Shown here: in pieces, positions 38,273 to 48,949 of the stretch
How positions within the stretch are numbered: the stretch's first letter is position 1
How the letters are laid out: each line of letters begins with the position of its first letter
Virus record (IMG/VR): IMGVR_UViG_3300044708_000078
Span: 7,950 to 71,949 of that record
Strand: one strand, 5' to 3'
Length of the DNA: 64,000 bases
DNA from: a virus
Lineage: Duplodnaviria > Caudoviricetes
Translations under genes and position numbers: made by a program
Notes under the pieces: generated by a model
Told to the model about the DNA's origin: nothing
Databases searched by the model: none
What the model saw: only the letters and a program-made list of their open reading frames with translations

Positions 38273-40569
38273 GACTTCGATTTCTACTCAGCCTGACGCT
38301 GACGACACTGCTTGTCGTCTCCGCACTTCCCCTTCAACCCGTCAGCGCCGCGCCAACCATCTTCAACATTAACCGCGTTGTCACCTGCGACACGTCAGCT
38401 CTGATCAACTTCAACACATCTGTTCCAACACACGCGTATATCGAGTACGGACTGACGGCTGGTTACGGCTCGTCCACCATCGACGACCCCGCCCGCTACT
38501 ACAAAGAGCAGGCGATTCCGATCACCGGGCTGACTGCCAGCACCACCTACCACTACAGGATCGTCGCGATTGACGGTACCAGCCAGACGGTGAGTGGAGA
38601 CGCGACCTTCACCACCGCAGCAAACGGTGACGACTGCCCTGCGCAGCCCACGCTGGTTGACACGCGCATGCCGGACATGGCCGGGGCGGTGGAGATCGTT
38701 GTCAGTTCATCGTCGCAGTTTCAATCGGCGTTGAACGTCTCCTGCGCCGCAACAGGTAAACGTATCGTCACCGTCACCGCCGGACTGACCATCACCGGGC
38801 CATCCATCTTCTGCAACAAGGTTGATAGTAACTGGATCATCGTGCGCTCGTCGGCCTACGCCAGCTTGATAGAAGGCCAGCGCGTCACACCGTCGCAAAC
38901 ATCCAGCATGTTCACCCTGACAACCGACAGCGTTGGTTCTGATCAGGCTCCCGTGCAGACGGCCACCTCAGCCCACCACTGGCGCATCATCGGCGCTGAG
39001 ATCACGATCAACGCCTCGGCAATGGCCGATGCTCCAGCAGGGAATTCGCAGTCGGGGTTGGTGCGACTGGGCACGGGAAGTGAGACAAACGAGTCCCAGT
39101 GGCCGCATCACATCGTTATCGACCGCTCCTACATCCACGGGTTGCCGCTGAAGAATACGACACGAGGGGTGTACGGCAACGGCACCGACTGGGCGGTGAT
39201 TGACTCTTACCTTGACGAGTTCCACAACACCGGGTCAGACGCGCAGGCAATCCTCAGCGGTCAGGGACGGCGGGTTAAAATCGTCAACAACACGCTGATC
39301 AGCGCCGGTGAGAACTTCATGACAGGCGGGGTAGATCACACAGTCTCCCCGGTGACGACGCCCACCGACTTTGAATTCACCCGCAACTACGTATCGTGGA
39401 AACAGTCGTGGAAGTCGAACGATCCCGGTTGGGACGGCAAGGACTGGATAACCAAGAACCACTGGGAGACGAAGACCGGGGCACGATTCTTAGTCTATGG
39501 CAACGTGTTTGACAAGTGGTGGTCGTCGGAGCAGACAGGCGGGTCGATTGCCATCAAGTCGTCCGACAATGACAAAGACCCCACTGTCGTTTCGAAGGAC
39601 ATCACGTGGTATCGCAACTGGCACCGGAACCTCGGCACAGGGTTCAGTATCAACGGATCCAACTGGCCGGACGAGGAGTCGCTTGACTGGACGCGTAACG
39701 TCTGGATCATCCAGAACCTGTTGGAGATCAACGGCGATGTCTGGGACAACGAGGACTCAGGGGATTCGAGTGAGGCTAACGTGGTGCGCATCGGCGTGTC
39801 AGTGGTCAACGTGCGTAACCTGACTGATGTTTCCACGTCCAGTGGGTCAGCCGTGATAACGTCGCCTACAGCCTCATTTACCTCGGCGGACGTAGGATTC
39901 AACGCAAAGATTGTACAAACCAGTCCGGGGTCGGGATTAATCCAAACCACAGTTCTAAGCGTTCAGAGTTCTACTCAAGCAACCTTAGCGACTAATGTTA
40001 CATGGTCGTCGTCTGGAACTTCCTCTTTAGGTCTGTTCCGCCTCCAGTACCCCGACGGCTTCCGACTGATTCACAACACCTTCACCAATGCCAACGCAGC
40101 ACAGTCCAATCGCCAGATACATGCGTTTGCTGAAGTGCCAACCAGCGACGGGAAATCAGAAAACTTCGTCATACAGGACAACATCTTCGGCTATGGACAG
40201 TTCGGCATCAAGTGTGACGGCACAGCGGAAGGGAACGCCAGTCTGAATGCAATCACCAACTCCGCCACTCGCACATGGACATTCAACCTGATTCCCGGCG
40301 TCTCCACCAACTACCCGACTAGCAACACCTACGTCGCCAATTTCGCCGCCGTCCAATTCGTCAATTTCAGCAGCGGCATCGGCGGTAACTATCGCCTGCT
40401 TGCCACCAGTCCCGGCTGGCACGCGGCGTCTGACGGCATAGACGTTGGTGTGGATATGGATGCGTTGGAACGAGCAACGCAGTATGCAACGACGGGGAAC
40501 TGGTTGCGGGCAGCGGTAAGGGCTACACTAGGCGGCAAAGTGACACTCAGCGGTAAGGTAGGGCCGTGA
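38269..40569 (+). CDS. Signal peptide + FN3-like domain + parallel beta-helix (pectate-lyase-like) protein
   Basis: MRLRFLLSLTLTTLLVVSALPLQPVSA|; YIEYGLTAGYG...ITGLTASTTYHYRI (FN3); HHIVIDRSYIHG, AVIDSYL, KIVNNTL, FEFTRNY and FVIQDNIF beta-helix rungs. Confidence 0.8.
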   Translation: MRLRFLLSLTLTTLLVVSALPLQPVSAAPTIFNINRVVTCDTSALINFNTSVPTHAYIEYGLTAGYGSSTIDDPARYYKEQAIPITGLTASTTYHYRIVAIDGTSQTVSGDATFTTAANGDDCPAQPTLVDTRMPDMAGAVEIVVSSSSQFQSALNVSCAATGKRIVTVTAGLTITGPSIFCNKVDSNWIIVRSSAYASLIEGQRVTPSQTSSMFTLTTDSVGSDQAPVQTATSAHHWRIIGAEITINASAMADAPAGNSQSGLVRLGTGSETNESQWPHHIVIDRSYIHGLPLKNTTRGVYGNGTDWAVIDSYLDEFHNTGSDAQAILSGQGRRVKIVNNTLISAGENFMTGGVDHTVSPVTTPTDFEFTRNYVSWKQSWKSNDPGWDGKDWITKNHWETKTGARFLVYGNVFDKWWSSEQTGGSIAIKSSDNDKDPTVVSKDITWYRNWHRNLGTGFSINGSNWPDEESLDWTRNVWIIQNLLEINGDVWDNEDSGDSSEANVVRIGVSVVNVRNLTDVSTSSGSAVITSPTASFTSADVGFNAKIVQTSPGSGLIQTTVLSVQSSTQATLATNVTWSSSGTSSLGLFRLQYPDGFRLIHNTFTNANAAQSNRQIHAFAEVPTSDGKSENFVIQDNIFGYGQFGIKCDGTAEGNASLNAITNSATRTWTFNLIPGVSTNYPTSNTYVANFAAVQFVNFSSGIGGNYRLLATSPGWHAASDGIDVGVDMDALERATQYATTGNWLRAAVRATLGGKVTLSGKVGP

Positions 40570-40630
40570 AGGTGGATTTTGAGAGACTTTTAGCAGTGAA
40601 TCTTGTAGACTGCGCGACGGGAGACAGTGG

Positions 40631-40912
40631 ATGTTCAATCGCGAACCTGCAATAGTGTTCAACTCGCTTGGTGAAATCGCCAAAGCTGTCATTCCGGTGC
40701 TGATCCTCGGTGAATTCGTCCACTGGAGCGACAAGATGACGGCAGCGGTGATGTTTCTTGTCAGCGTGTCGGTCGCGTCGCTAGCGTCCATCTTCACCCG
40801 GCAGTCGTCGGTGTCGAAAGTTGTGGCGGACAGGCAGATTGAGATTGCTAAAGCGGCGGACGTGACCACGCCGACCGATCAAATCATCCAGCAAGCAAAG
40901 GAGAGTATATGA
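40631..40912 (+). CDS. Holin-like membrane protein
   Basis: Two hydrophobic segments in 93 aa, starting MFNREPA. Confidence 0.55.
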   Translation: MFNREPAIVFNSLGEIAKAVIPVLILGEFVHWSDKMTAAVMFLVSVSVASLASIFTRQSSVSKVVADRQIEIAKAADVTTPTDQIIQQAKESI

Positions 40913-41040
40913 AGGAACCGGACTACGACGAACAGCAATGTCACTACTGCCAACAGTGGTTTCCTGCCCCGGTAAATCTCCATCATGCAGAAGATGAATG
41001 TCTGGCAAATCAGACAACGGCAAAGGAGAGCGTTAAATGA
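40909..41040 (+). CDS. 43-aa Cys/His microprotein
   Basis: ATGA overlaps at both ends; MKEPDYDEQQCHYCQQWFPAPVNLHHAEDEC...; not in the track. Confidence 0.5.
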   Translation: MKEPDYDEQQCHYCQQWFPAPVNLHHAEDECLANQTTAKESVK

Positions 41041-41480
41041 CACTCGCCCGACGACAACTGGCGACACTGCTGATAGTGGCGATAGTCGCCTACTCCGGCT
41101 ATGGCTTTGCATGTTCTGTGAAACAGCAGCCAAAGACCGTGGCAGACATTCTCATCACCGTAGGTAACGTCAAGCGTGACCTGCGAGCACGGAATGAAAT
41201 CACTCCGCAACAAGATTACGACATCAGTGCAAAGCTACTTGAGGCCAATATTGCCTACAAAAAGTTTATCACTGACGAGGTAGCACGACTGGACGCCGGT
41301 GCTCCCGATCCGTCCGCACGTCAAGCGGCCATTCGCGCACTCATAACCAGCCTGCGCGGTATTCAAGATCCGTCACTACTGGGCATCAAGAGCGCCAACG
41401 CGCAGAGGCTGTGGCGCGAGGGAGTCAGTGGATTGAACACAGTACTTGCGGGACTGGAAGTCCTTCAGGGAGGTAAGTAA
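41037..41480 (+). CDS. Putative lipoprotein (spanin-like or exclusion)
   Basis: Basic N-region, hydrophobic core and GFA|C lipobox-like site. Confidence 0.55.
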   Translation: MTLARRQLATLLIVAIVAYSGYGFACSVKQQPKTVADILITVGNVKRDLRARNEITPQQDYDISAKLLEANIAYKKFITDEVARLDAGAPDPSARQAAIRALITSLRGIQDPSLLGIKSANAQRLWREGVSGLNTVLAGLEVLQGGK

Positions 41481-41680
41481 TGGCAGCAACTTTTATCACG
41501 CTTTTTAACATTATCGCCCCACAGGTGTTTGGCGCTATCGCTGCGGCCCGTCGTAGCAATCCTGAGCAGTCGTACCGTGAGGTATTAGTCGCACAGGGGA
41601 TTAGACTGGACGCTGAGCAAATGCGACTCATGGAAGAGATGGAGCAGGCGATACGAGACGGCGCAGTTCCGCATTCCTGA
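41480..41680 (+). CDS. Small amphipathic protein
   Basis: GGAGG RBS; TAATG coupling. Confidence 0.6.
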   Translation: MAATFITLFNIIAPQVFGAIAAARRSNPEQSYREVLVAQGIRLDAEQMRLMEEMEQAIRDGAVPHS

Positions 41681-41807
41681 GAGCGGGCCGTAACAAGTTC
41701 GCAGCCTCTCAGATGACCAGTCTACACTGGGTCTTAACCGTGAATAGCGAGGTACTATTTAAGGTGCTGAGGGGCTGCGTTGATTTCAGTCTTTGACGGT
41801 GGGCCAT

Positions 41808-41835
41808 TTGACAAGTGAAGGAAAGCAGCTAAGAC
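41808..41835 (+). promoter_or_regulatory. Possible sigma70 promoter
   Basis: TTGACA 41808-41813, 16 nt spacer, weak -10 TAAGAC, in a ~170-nt intergenic gap. Confidence 0.3.
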
Positions 41836-41922
41836 CAAAGAGGAGTGGTTATGGCAACTAAAAAAGGCAGACAGCAAGCAAGATCGGTACATTGAAGGCT
41901 GAAACTATCACCGAGAGTCACG

Positions 41923-42177
41923 ATGTTCATCCGGCAAACCAACCATGAAGTAGCGCGGGGTAGTAACCTAGACCTGATCCTGCGTGGCTTCAACGGTGCG
42001 TTCAACAGGTTTACTGACGTGGTAGGCGCGGGGTTGCAGGCCATCGCGCTTGCGCTCTCCACGCCACAGGACAACTCGGCAGAGGTACAGAAGCAGATCG
42101 ATCAGGTGCAAGAAAAACTCAAGCAGGCCACAGATAGCTTGCAATCGGCAATCAACACTCAACAAAAGGAGCGATAG
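41923..42177 (+). CDS. Small coiled-coil protein
   Basis: 84 aa; the start position is uncertain. Confidence 0.5.
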   Translation: MFIRQTNHEVARGSNLDLILRGFNGAFNRFTDVVGAGLQAIALALSTPQDNSAEVQKQIDQVQEKLKQATDSLQSAINTQQKER

Positions 42178-42182
42178 TAATC

Positions 42183-42404
42183 ATGGCTGATTTTTCAGGC
42201 GTTAACTCAGAAGTGGCACGACTGACCGACGTAGTAGGGTCGGCGGTAGCGTTGATCAATGGAATCGCAGGACAAATCGATGCGGCAGTAGCGGCCAATG
42301 ACGCCGGTGACAATACTGCGCTGACAGGGCTGGCAGACTCGCTGCGAGCGCAGTCGGATTCACTGGCAGCGGCAGTCGCAGCCAACACTCCGGCAGCACC
42401 GTAG
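42183..42404 (+). CDS. Ala-rich small helical protein
   Basis: AAGGAG RBS; biased codon usage. Confidence 0.7.
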   Translation: MADFSGVNSEVARLTDVVGSAVALINGIAGQIDAAVAANDAGDNTALTGLADSLRAQSDSLAAAVAANTPAAP

Positions 42405-42435
42405 GGCTAACGACAGGCTGATTGCGTTCTGCTCC

Positions 42436-42597
42436 ATGACTGAAGCCATCGTCATTGTTCTGATCACCAACATCACTACTATCGTCATCGTAGTGTTTTG
42501 CCGCCCGTGGAGTAATAAGGAACACAGGGAAGGGCAAGCAATCGCGAACAGAGTTGAGGACAAGGTAGACGTGCTGGTCAATGGCAAGATTCCGTAG
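42436..42597 (+). CDS. 53-aa single-TM holin-like protein
   Basis: MTEAIVIVLITNITTIVIVVFC...KVDVLVNG; not in the track. Confidence 0.55.
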   Translation: MTEAIVIVLITNITTIVIVVFCRPWSNKEHREGQAIANRVEDKVDVLVNGKIP

Positions 42598-42606
42598 AGG
42601 GAGAGA

Positions 42607-43044
42607 TTGTGCTTGGCTGTAGAGATGCAGAACTACGACTGGACGAGATGGGTGCTTGGGATCATCGCCGCATTGGTTATCGCGGCGGTAATCGCAGTCT
42701 GGAAGCTGGTAGCCGGAAAGGTTGATAAGCCGGATCTTGCTACAGCACTGGAAGGTCTCGACAGGGAGATTAAGAACTGCAACCTGCGCATCGATCAGTC
42801 ACTGGCGCAAATCGCCCAGTCGGTTTCAAAGACTGACCTGATGGATAAGATGACCGGCGCTTCCACTCGCGCTGACGACAAAGACTTGCGAGTTCAGCGG
42901 GACATTGCAGAGCTAAAAACCGACGCCAAAGCACTAACCGAGAAGCTGACCGCTGTTGATAAGAAGCTGGATGAGATACCTGCAAGAGTCGCCAGTCTGG
43001 AATTAACACGCAACCAGCAGGGTGGAAGACCACAGGGAACCTAA
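42607..43044 (+). CDS. TM-anchored coiled-coil protein (i-spanin-like topology)
   Basis: WVLGIIAALVIAAVIAVW followed by heptad repeats; alternative ATG at 42625. Confidence 0.6.
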   Translation: MCLAVEMQNYDWTRWVLGIIAALVIAAVIAVWKLVAGKVDKPDLATALEGLDREIKNCNLRIDQSLAQIAQSVSKTDLMDKMTGASTRADDKDLRVQRDIAELKTDAKALTEKLTAVDKKLDEIPARVASLELTRNQQGGRPQGT

Positions 43045-43076
43045 ACCCGGCTACGAACAAAGGAGCAATCGCCCAG

Positions 43077-43235
43077 ATGAACGCAGATGATAAGGATCGA
43101 CTGGAGCAGCCAACCAAGCCTGAAGCTCCACCGCCCTCAACCCCACCACCGGGGACGCCGCCAACGCAGCCGCAACCCGCTGACGATAACGATCCCGGAA
43201 CGCCGGTTGGGCCGGGTAAGGGTGGAGGTGGCTAA
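43077..43235 (+). CDS. 52-aa Pro-rich peptide
   Basis: AAGGAG upstream; TAATG coupling to the next gene; PEAPPPSTPPPGTPPTQPQP. Confidence 0.45.
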   Translation: MNADDKDRLEQPTKPEAPPPSTPPPGTPPTQPQPADDNDPGTPVGPGKGGGG

Positions 43236-43744
43236 TGGGTGCGGTTGCAGCCGCAGTACATGAAGGCCGCAGCACGCTTCGGGCGGTTAGCGAAGCCGAG
43301 CTACTTCGTGAGGTATTAATACGCGAAGTGCGCGCACTTGGAACGATGTACGCTGTGGGAAAACGTCGTCCAATTACCGACTTACCACCTGAGAAACAAC
43401 AGCAAATCAGGGACGCCTACGCGGATACTTTATGGGCATCAGACTACTGCGTCGAGATGATGGGTATTTGTACCTCACGAGCGCTGGCTGAACAGACAGT
43501 GAGAGAACGCGGTGGTAACTGGTTCTGCGTAAAGTTACCGATTGACTCAGTACTGACCGAGGACACAGTACAAGGCGAGTGGGCAGTCAGGTTTCCTGAA
43601 AGCGACGCTGCTGTTATGTATGAGAACCTGAGCGCGTCTACTATCGCCATGTCAACTACGCAGTTGCGAATGCTGGAAGAAGAAGCTGAGCGACTGCTGA
43701 CAATTATTAAGAGCGCACGGGAGACAACGCTGAAATCTCCATGA
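43235..43744 (+). CDS. Hypothetical protein
   Basis: 169 aa; coupled start. Confidence 0.6.
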   Translation: MGAVAAAVHEGRSTLRAVSEAELLREVLIREVRALGTMYAVGKRRPITDLPPEKQQQIRDAYADTLWASDYCVEMMGICTSRALAEQTVRERGGNWFCVKLPIDSVLTEDTVQGEWAVRFPESDAAVMYENLSASTIAMSTTQLRMLEEEAERLLTIIKSARETTLKSP

Positions 43745-43754
43745 CGCCAATGAA

Positions 43755-44210
43755 ATGCAATCATCCTCTTTCTTTCTCACGTGGACCGACCTGCTTAAAA
43801 CTCTCGCGGGCACCCTCATCGGATTAATTCCCTACGCTGTAACGACTTATCGCAATAGAAAGAAATCAGCCATCGAAGATGCCGAGGCGCTGGCTCGTAC
43901 CGACCTCACGCGGGTTAACGTTCGCAGTACCGAATTGCGTGATCTTGTTGCGGTCAGCGATGGTGCAGCGAAGTTACTAGCTGCGCTGATCAACAGCGGC
44001 GATGTGATTCACGACCTACAAAAGCGAATCTTTGAACTAGAGCAGGAGAAGTTGGGTGACGACATGATGCGGCTGGATCTGAAGAAAGCAACGGCATTGC
44101 TGGCCTATAACAATGTCCGGTTCGCCAACGCGGAACATGCTGAGGTAAAGCGGATGATTGAGATGTTTGATGAGATTGTAAATGGACCAAGGAGTCCACG
44201 AAACCGTTAA
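43755..44210 (+). CDS. TM + coiled-coil protein
   Basis: Hydrophobic N-terminus LAGTLIGLIPYAV followed by a basic RNRKK. Confidence 0.6.
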   Translation: MQSSSFFLTWTDLLKTLAGTLIGLIPYAVTTYRNRKKSAIEDAEALARTDLTRVNVRSTELRDLVAVSDGAAKLLAALINSGDVIHDLQKRIFELEQEKLGDDMMRLDLKKATALLAYNNVRFANAEHAEVKRMIEMFDEIVNGPRSPRNR

Positions 44211-44373
44211 CCCCAAACACACCAACGACGAGTTGGGGAACCGGGCCATTATGGCTCCCTCAACCCGCCGTCAGTGTTCTTCATAACAAATCAACTTGCT
44301 ATTCCCTTAGCATGCCTCCTTTCAATGATTGGGATGATAAAGCCGGATGATTACTGTCGTATAAAAGTATCAC

Positions 44374-47300
44374 TCACGTTGCCCACCACACCCTCTCACG
44401 CTCTTGCTTAACCCCGTGGATCGCCCAGCTTGCCACCGTTGCCATCGTCACTGCGTCGTTGCGCGTCTCTCGCAGGCGCTCCAGCAGCTCCTCATGGGCC
44501 AACTGGCAGTAGGCACACGGCTGGTAGTCAGGAGGGCGGGGGTGGGAGCAGTCGGTGATCATTGTGCGTATTCTTTCAATGAGCAGCACGGCCCCGGCTC
44601 ACTATCGGGATCGCCGTCCCAGCAAAGCCAACAACGACGTGGGTCGTGGTCATCTGTCTTCCTTGCGTTGCAGTGAACGCAGGTAGTAGGTTCACATTGA
44701 TACGGATGCATGTCTTCGCTGGTACAAGCAAAAATCATTGCGATCCTCCGCACACGTGACACTCAATCGCCCCGCCGTCGATCAATAGCAACCAGCCATC
44801 CTCGCACACGCACACTGGCCCACCGTCCTCTTCGATCCAGTGTTCTGGATACTCACAGGACCAGTCGCCGGGGAAGTCGGTCATCATTGGATAGGGGTCA
44901 ACTAATGTCGTTGGTTCCATCGTCATATTTCCTTTTCTGGCCGGACTGTATTCTGTTTACCTTCCAGTGAGCGTGCCAACCTAACCGAAAAGCAAGGTCA
45001 AAGCTTGCTCGGTCTAGACCCTTCTCAGTACCTCCACAAGTTTTCCAGTCATCGTCAATTAGACTCTTTAGCGGATCTTCTCGGATTGAGGTCATCGTCG
45101 TCCTCCTAGCTCTTTTCTACGATGAAATCCTGGCATTCCCAGTGCTGCCAGCTTCCACTTCAACCACCGCATCATTCGCTGCTTACGCTGCGTGGGCGTC
45201 AAGTGCGGCATTGAATCGTTAACCGCCGCTACTTCATCGATCAAGCTATCGGTCAGTGCCGTTTGCCCATTGTCGTGAAAGTAACTACCAATGGCGCAAT
45301 ACTCACCTTTGGGAGTTTCAAGCTGACCATGAACAAGCTGACCATGAATCAGTCCCGGTTGCTGTTCAACGGCGTTGAGAATCATTAGATACGCCGTGCC
45401 GTTACGCATACAAGGCGTTCCCGGTTGTGCGTCTTTCAGCGTTGGGCGCAACTTGCTCATTCTTAACCTCCCATCGCCGCCACCCGCACCGGTTGAAACT
45501 CGTGATAGCCAGCATAACCAGCATCCTTGTCGTGGATTGAATCACTCTCAGGAGCGCCACAGGGCATTAGACCACCGTTATCGTCAATCTCATAGACACA
45601 ACGAGCTGGCTTACCTGTCCCGCCAATCGCCGACGCCAGTGATGCCGCCCGTGGTGACTTACTAACCCCACGCGTCCGTTTCTTCACCGGTTTCTGCGGT
45701 TGTAACGTCCCAACCAGCAGCTCTCGCTCAGTCGGCGTCAGGGCGCGAAGTACGTTGACCATCATCGCCTCGTCTTCGGTCAATGATTCCTGTAATCGTA
45801 GCGCTTGGGTTACTCGTTTGATGTTCATTTGTCGTCTCCTGTTGGTGTTGCAGCCATTATAAGAACTGGCTCAGGGTTAACCGTAGCAACAGATCGCGGT
45901 GGATCAGATCGCCATCCTGCTCGTTGCAAAATTTATGTACTAACCGACGTAGCTGCTCCAAGTCGATCACGATGGCGCGTTTAGTGGCGGGGGTCACTTC
46001 TTCCTCGTTGAGTGTATCCGTCTGTCACTGACCGCAAATTCAGGATTCACCCTACCTTGGTATAACCTGTGCCCGCAGGTTCCGTACACACACAGCCCAA
46101 CTTGTCGTTGTTGAACTTTCTGTTTGCATACTGGACAGATGCCCTCGGATAACTCCTTCAAGAACTGCTTAATATGACGGTTGTGTTCTTCCTCGGTCGC
46201 AACAGCCTCTTCCCTTGTTGGTAGTTGCCGTCTCTCACAGACTATCGCACTGCCATCATCAGCTAGGCACGGCATGTGCGCGGCCCAACCGACGCCGTCA
46301 CCGAGCAAGTCTTTATAATTCACGCCAGCGGCACAAGTTTCGTTCACGATGCCGTTGAAGTGAATACACCGATTCATTGTGCCGGTAATACGGCGGTTGA
46401 ACTCTCGCTGCTCCCGATCGTTGCGTTGCTCCTGATTCACCCCATCCTCCGCTCCGTTAAAATTGGACCCATCCCGCACTGGCAGCGCCCACTCCCGTCC
46501 ACGTACACATGGCACGGCTTCAACCCCTCACCTCTATCGACACACTCCTTCACGCTTTCAATCACCGCGTTGGCTTGTTCAGCTACGTCGTCATTCTCAT
46601 CATCTCCGGTGATGGTGCTCATAGAATTAGTTCTCCCGTGCTCTGCAGTCCCTTAGCGTTGGGCTGTGTCCAAATCCTCTCCGCGATGCGATAGCCCTCC
46701 AGCGTCTTTACTTCCAGCACCTGTCCCTCCCACCGCGCCTCAGCTACCGCCACTGGATACGGGAACCCTTCAATCTCCGCAACCACCACCAGCCCAGCCT
46801 TCCACGCCTTCCTGATCGTCGATGGGCCAAACTTCTCCGGCCACGAGGACTTCGCGCTGGGAGTAGTGTTACGCCGGTGATCGAAATCGAAGGTCGGCGT
46901 CGTCGGGGCCGAGTTATCAAACTCATCAGGGCCGTGGCGCGAGTTGGACCAGTTCAAGCGTGCCACTTAGTCCTCGCCTCCGGCTTCCCACTCGGCGCGT
47001 TTCATAACCTCGTCGCGTCGCTGTTTCTCGATATACTCTATTGCCGCGTCCCAGCCATCGGTGAACGCCTGTAATCCGTAGTTACGATAACCATGCTGGT
47101 CTACTGCCACCTCTCGCGCCAGTAGGGCGCGGTCGTTGTCACTGAGTTCAGTGGTCATGGCGTTGGCTTCGCTCCCTTGCAATGGTCGATGCGCACGTAC
47201 TCAACATCGGTGTCGAAGATTTGCTCCGCACACCAAGACGCTTCACGAAAGTCAACCTCGGCCATGTCGCTCGCTGTCGTTACGTCGTCACCCACCTGTA

Positions 47301-47849
47301 GCCAGATTCGCTCCGGTGCGCCGCTGATTCGTTGTGCTTCGGCTTTCTTCACCACGCGCCTCCTTCTCCCTCCTCACACACTCCCGGCACTCACCGTCAG
47401 GACTGATCCACTCCACGCGCACCCATCGCTCCGTCGTAATCACCCCCTTGATCGGCTGCTGGCAAGTGACGCAGAGGAGGAGGACGGGGGTGATATACAG
47501 GTCAGCAGGGACAGTGAAATCCGTACCACTCGGCTCGGTCGCCTTGCTAAGCACATTAGGCAGTCCCATCGTGCTTCTCCTTTGCCAGTTGGGCCATCGT
47601 GTGTCGATAGGTATCTACGGCTTCCCTCAGCCCGATTCGTGTAAATCCCTTCTCGTTATCACGCCAAAGTTCAGCCATCTTAATAACCAGCCTGTCTCTG
47701 TCCACCTGCGCGGCCAACGTCGCACACTGCCTCTCCAGTGCCTCAATCCGCCTGTCACGCTCAGCAACTTCCTTGAAGTCCGATGGTTGCAGTGGTCTAA
47801 CCCGCCCGTCCTCAGTCATTACGATTATCATACAGGATTGCCTCCGCAC
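44374..47849 (-). other. Cluster of ~13 small overlapping early ORFs (44374-44589, 44559-44762, 44735-44926, 44898-45095, 45092-45460, 45463-45828, 45857-45997, 45994-~46377, 46437-46622, 46619-46966, 46967-47182, 47155-47355, 47288-47569, 47556-47849)
   Basis: Head-to-tail tiling on the - strand with overlapping start/stop codons and GGAG RBSs; many CxxC motifs; no recognisable families. Confidence 0.6.
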
Positions 47850-48285
47850 GCTCCAGCGTTACCCTGATCTGTTCTCTCTCACCCCACGCCTTCTCGCTCA
47901 CAATGCGAACCAGCCGTGAGTCATCAGTGCCCCACTTGGCAAACATTGTATCGATCACCAACTTCTCCAGATTTTGTACATCAACCCGCCTCAGCTTCCC
48001 TTTCTTTGTAAGCCATGAGGGAGACTCGTAGGTCAGGGTCAGTGCCAGTAACCACTCTTGCGGCCACCTGCACGGCTTAACAAAAGGGATAGTGCGAGTT
48101 TTCCAAAGAGCAGCTTGATCAGTCAGGCGAACTGAACGCGACAGGTGATTGATGTCGTAGAGCTTATTAAACGAGATAGGAAATGAAGGGAGGACAAAGG
48201 ACAGGGTCTCTGGTTGCCCCCGGTCCTCCCCTTGCTCAACACCGCCCCCCGGTATTGAGTTGCCGCGATACTGGCAATCACTCAT
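47812..48285 (-). CDS. rusA: RusA-like Holliday junction resolvase
   Basis: PISFNKLY...DVQNLEKLVIDTMF...DDSRLVRIVSEK matches the RusA pattern. Confidence 0.7.
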   Translation of the reverse strand: MSDCQYRGNSIPGGGVEQGEDRGQPETLSFVLPSFPISFNKLYDINHLSRSVRLTDQAALWKTRTIPFVKPCRWPQEWLLALTLTYESPSWLTKKGKLRRVDVQNLEKLVIDTMFAKWGTDDSRLVRIVSEKAWGEREQIRVTLERAEAILYDNRND

Positions 48286-48287
48286 TT

Positions 48288-48944
48288 CTATGCCTGTGCA
48301 GCCTCGGCAACGTCAGTCTTCGGTGCCGCCTTCGGCTGTCCCTTATAGAGCAATTTATTCTCGTACTCGTCAATGTAGGCATATTTCCCGGTCTTCTCGT
48401 CCTTCGCACGACGGCGATCCTTGGTGATGTCTACCAATAGTTTTCGCCCGATCAACGATTGCCGGAACGCAGCATCATTGCGCGGTGCGGGGTTGGTTGG
48501 GAAGCCGAGCGCGGTCAGGAACGCGTTGTAGTCACCGAATGCGCCACCAGAAGGATCGTAGTAATTGGTTGGTTTACCCGCTGCATTTTGCGAGAAGTCA
48601 TACGCCTTCCGATTCACCCCAACCAGGACACGAGGAAAGAAGTGCTTGTTCTTGTACTTGCCCTTGCCATCAACCCCCTTCTCCCCGACCACCAGCATCG
48701 GCTCGATGTTGATCAGTTTCCACTCGCTCTGTCCCTCTGGCATGTACTTGTCGATCTTAATCGACTTAATAAACACCTCCACACCTTTTGCCGGTTCAAT
48801 CACGTCGCTGCGTTCCATTTGCTCAGCAGCGTGAATATCCTCTCCTTCGATCACCGTGTCGTCCTCAGCGGTTCCCTCCTTAACCCAGCCCGGTGCGTCA
48901 TCAACTTCCTCAGCCACTTCGTCGTTATCGTTTTCGTAGTTCAT
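48288..48944 (-). CDS. Single-stranded DNA-binding-like protein
   Basis: Acidic N-terminus and OB-like beta pattern (FLTALG...LIGRKLLVDI...YENKL); directly downstream of the AAA ATPase. Confidence 0.5.
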   Translation of the reverse strand: MNYENDNDEVAEEVDDAPGWVKEGTAEDDTVIEGEDIHAAEQMERSDVIEPAKGVEVFIKSIKIDKYMPEGQSEWKLINIEPMLVVGEKGVDGKGKYKNKHFFPRVLVGVNRKAYDFSQNAAGKPTNYYDPSGGAFGDYNAFLTALGFPTNPAPRNDAAFRQSLIGRKLLVDITKDRRRAKDEKTGKYAYIDEYENKLLYKGQPKAAPKTDVAEAAQA

Positions 48945-48949
48945 GGGTA

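Noticed and set aside
41677-41712. Intrinsic terminator after the 41480 gene
   Set aside because: A hairpin exists (CTGAGAG/CTCTCAG) but there is no U-tract, so it was not called.
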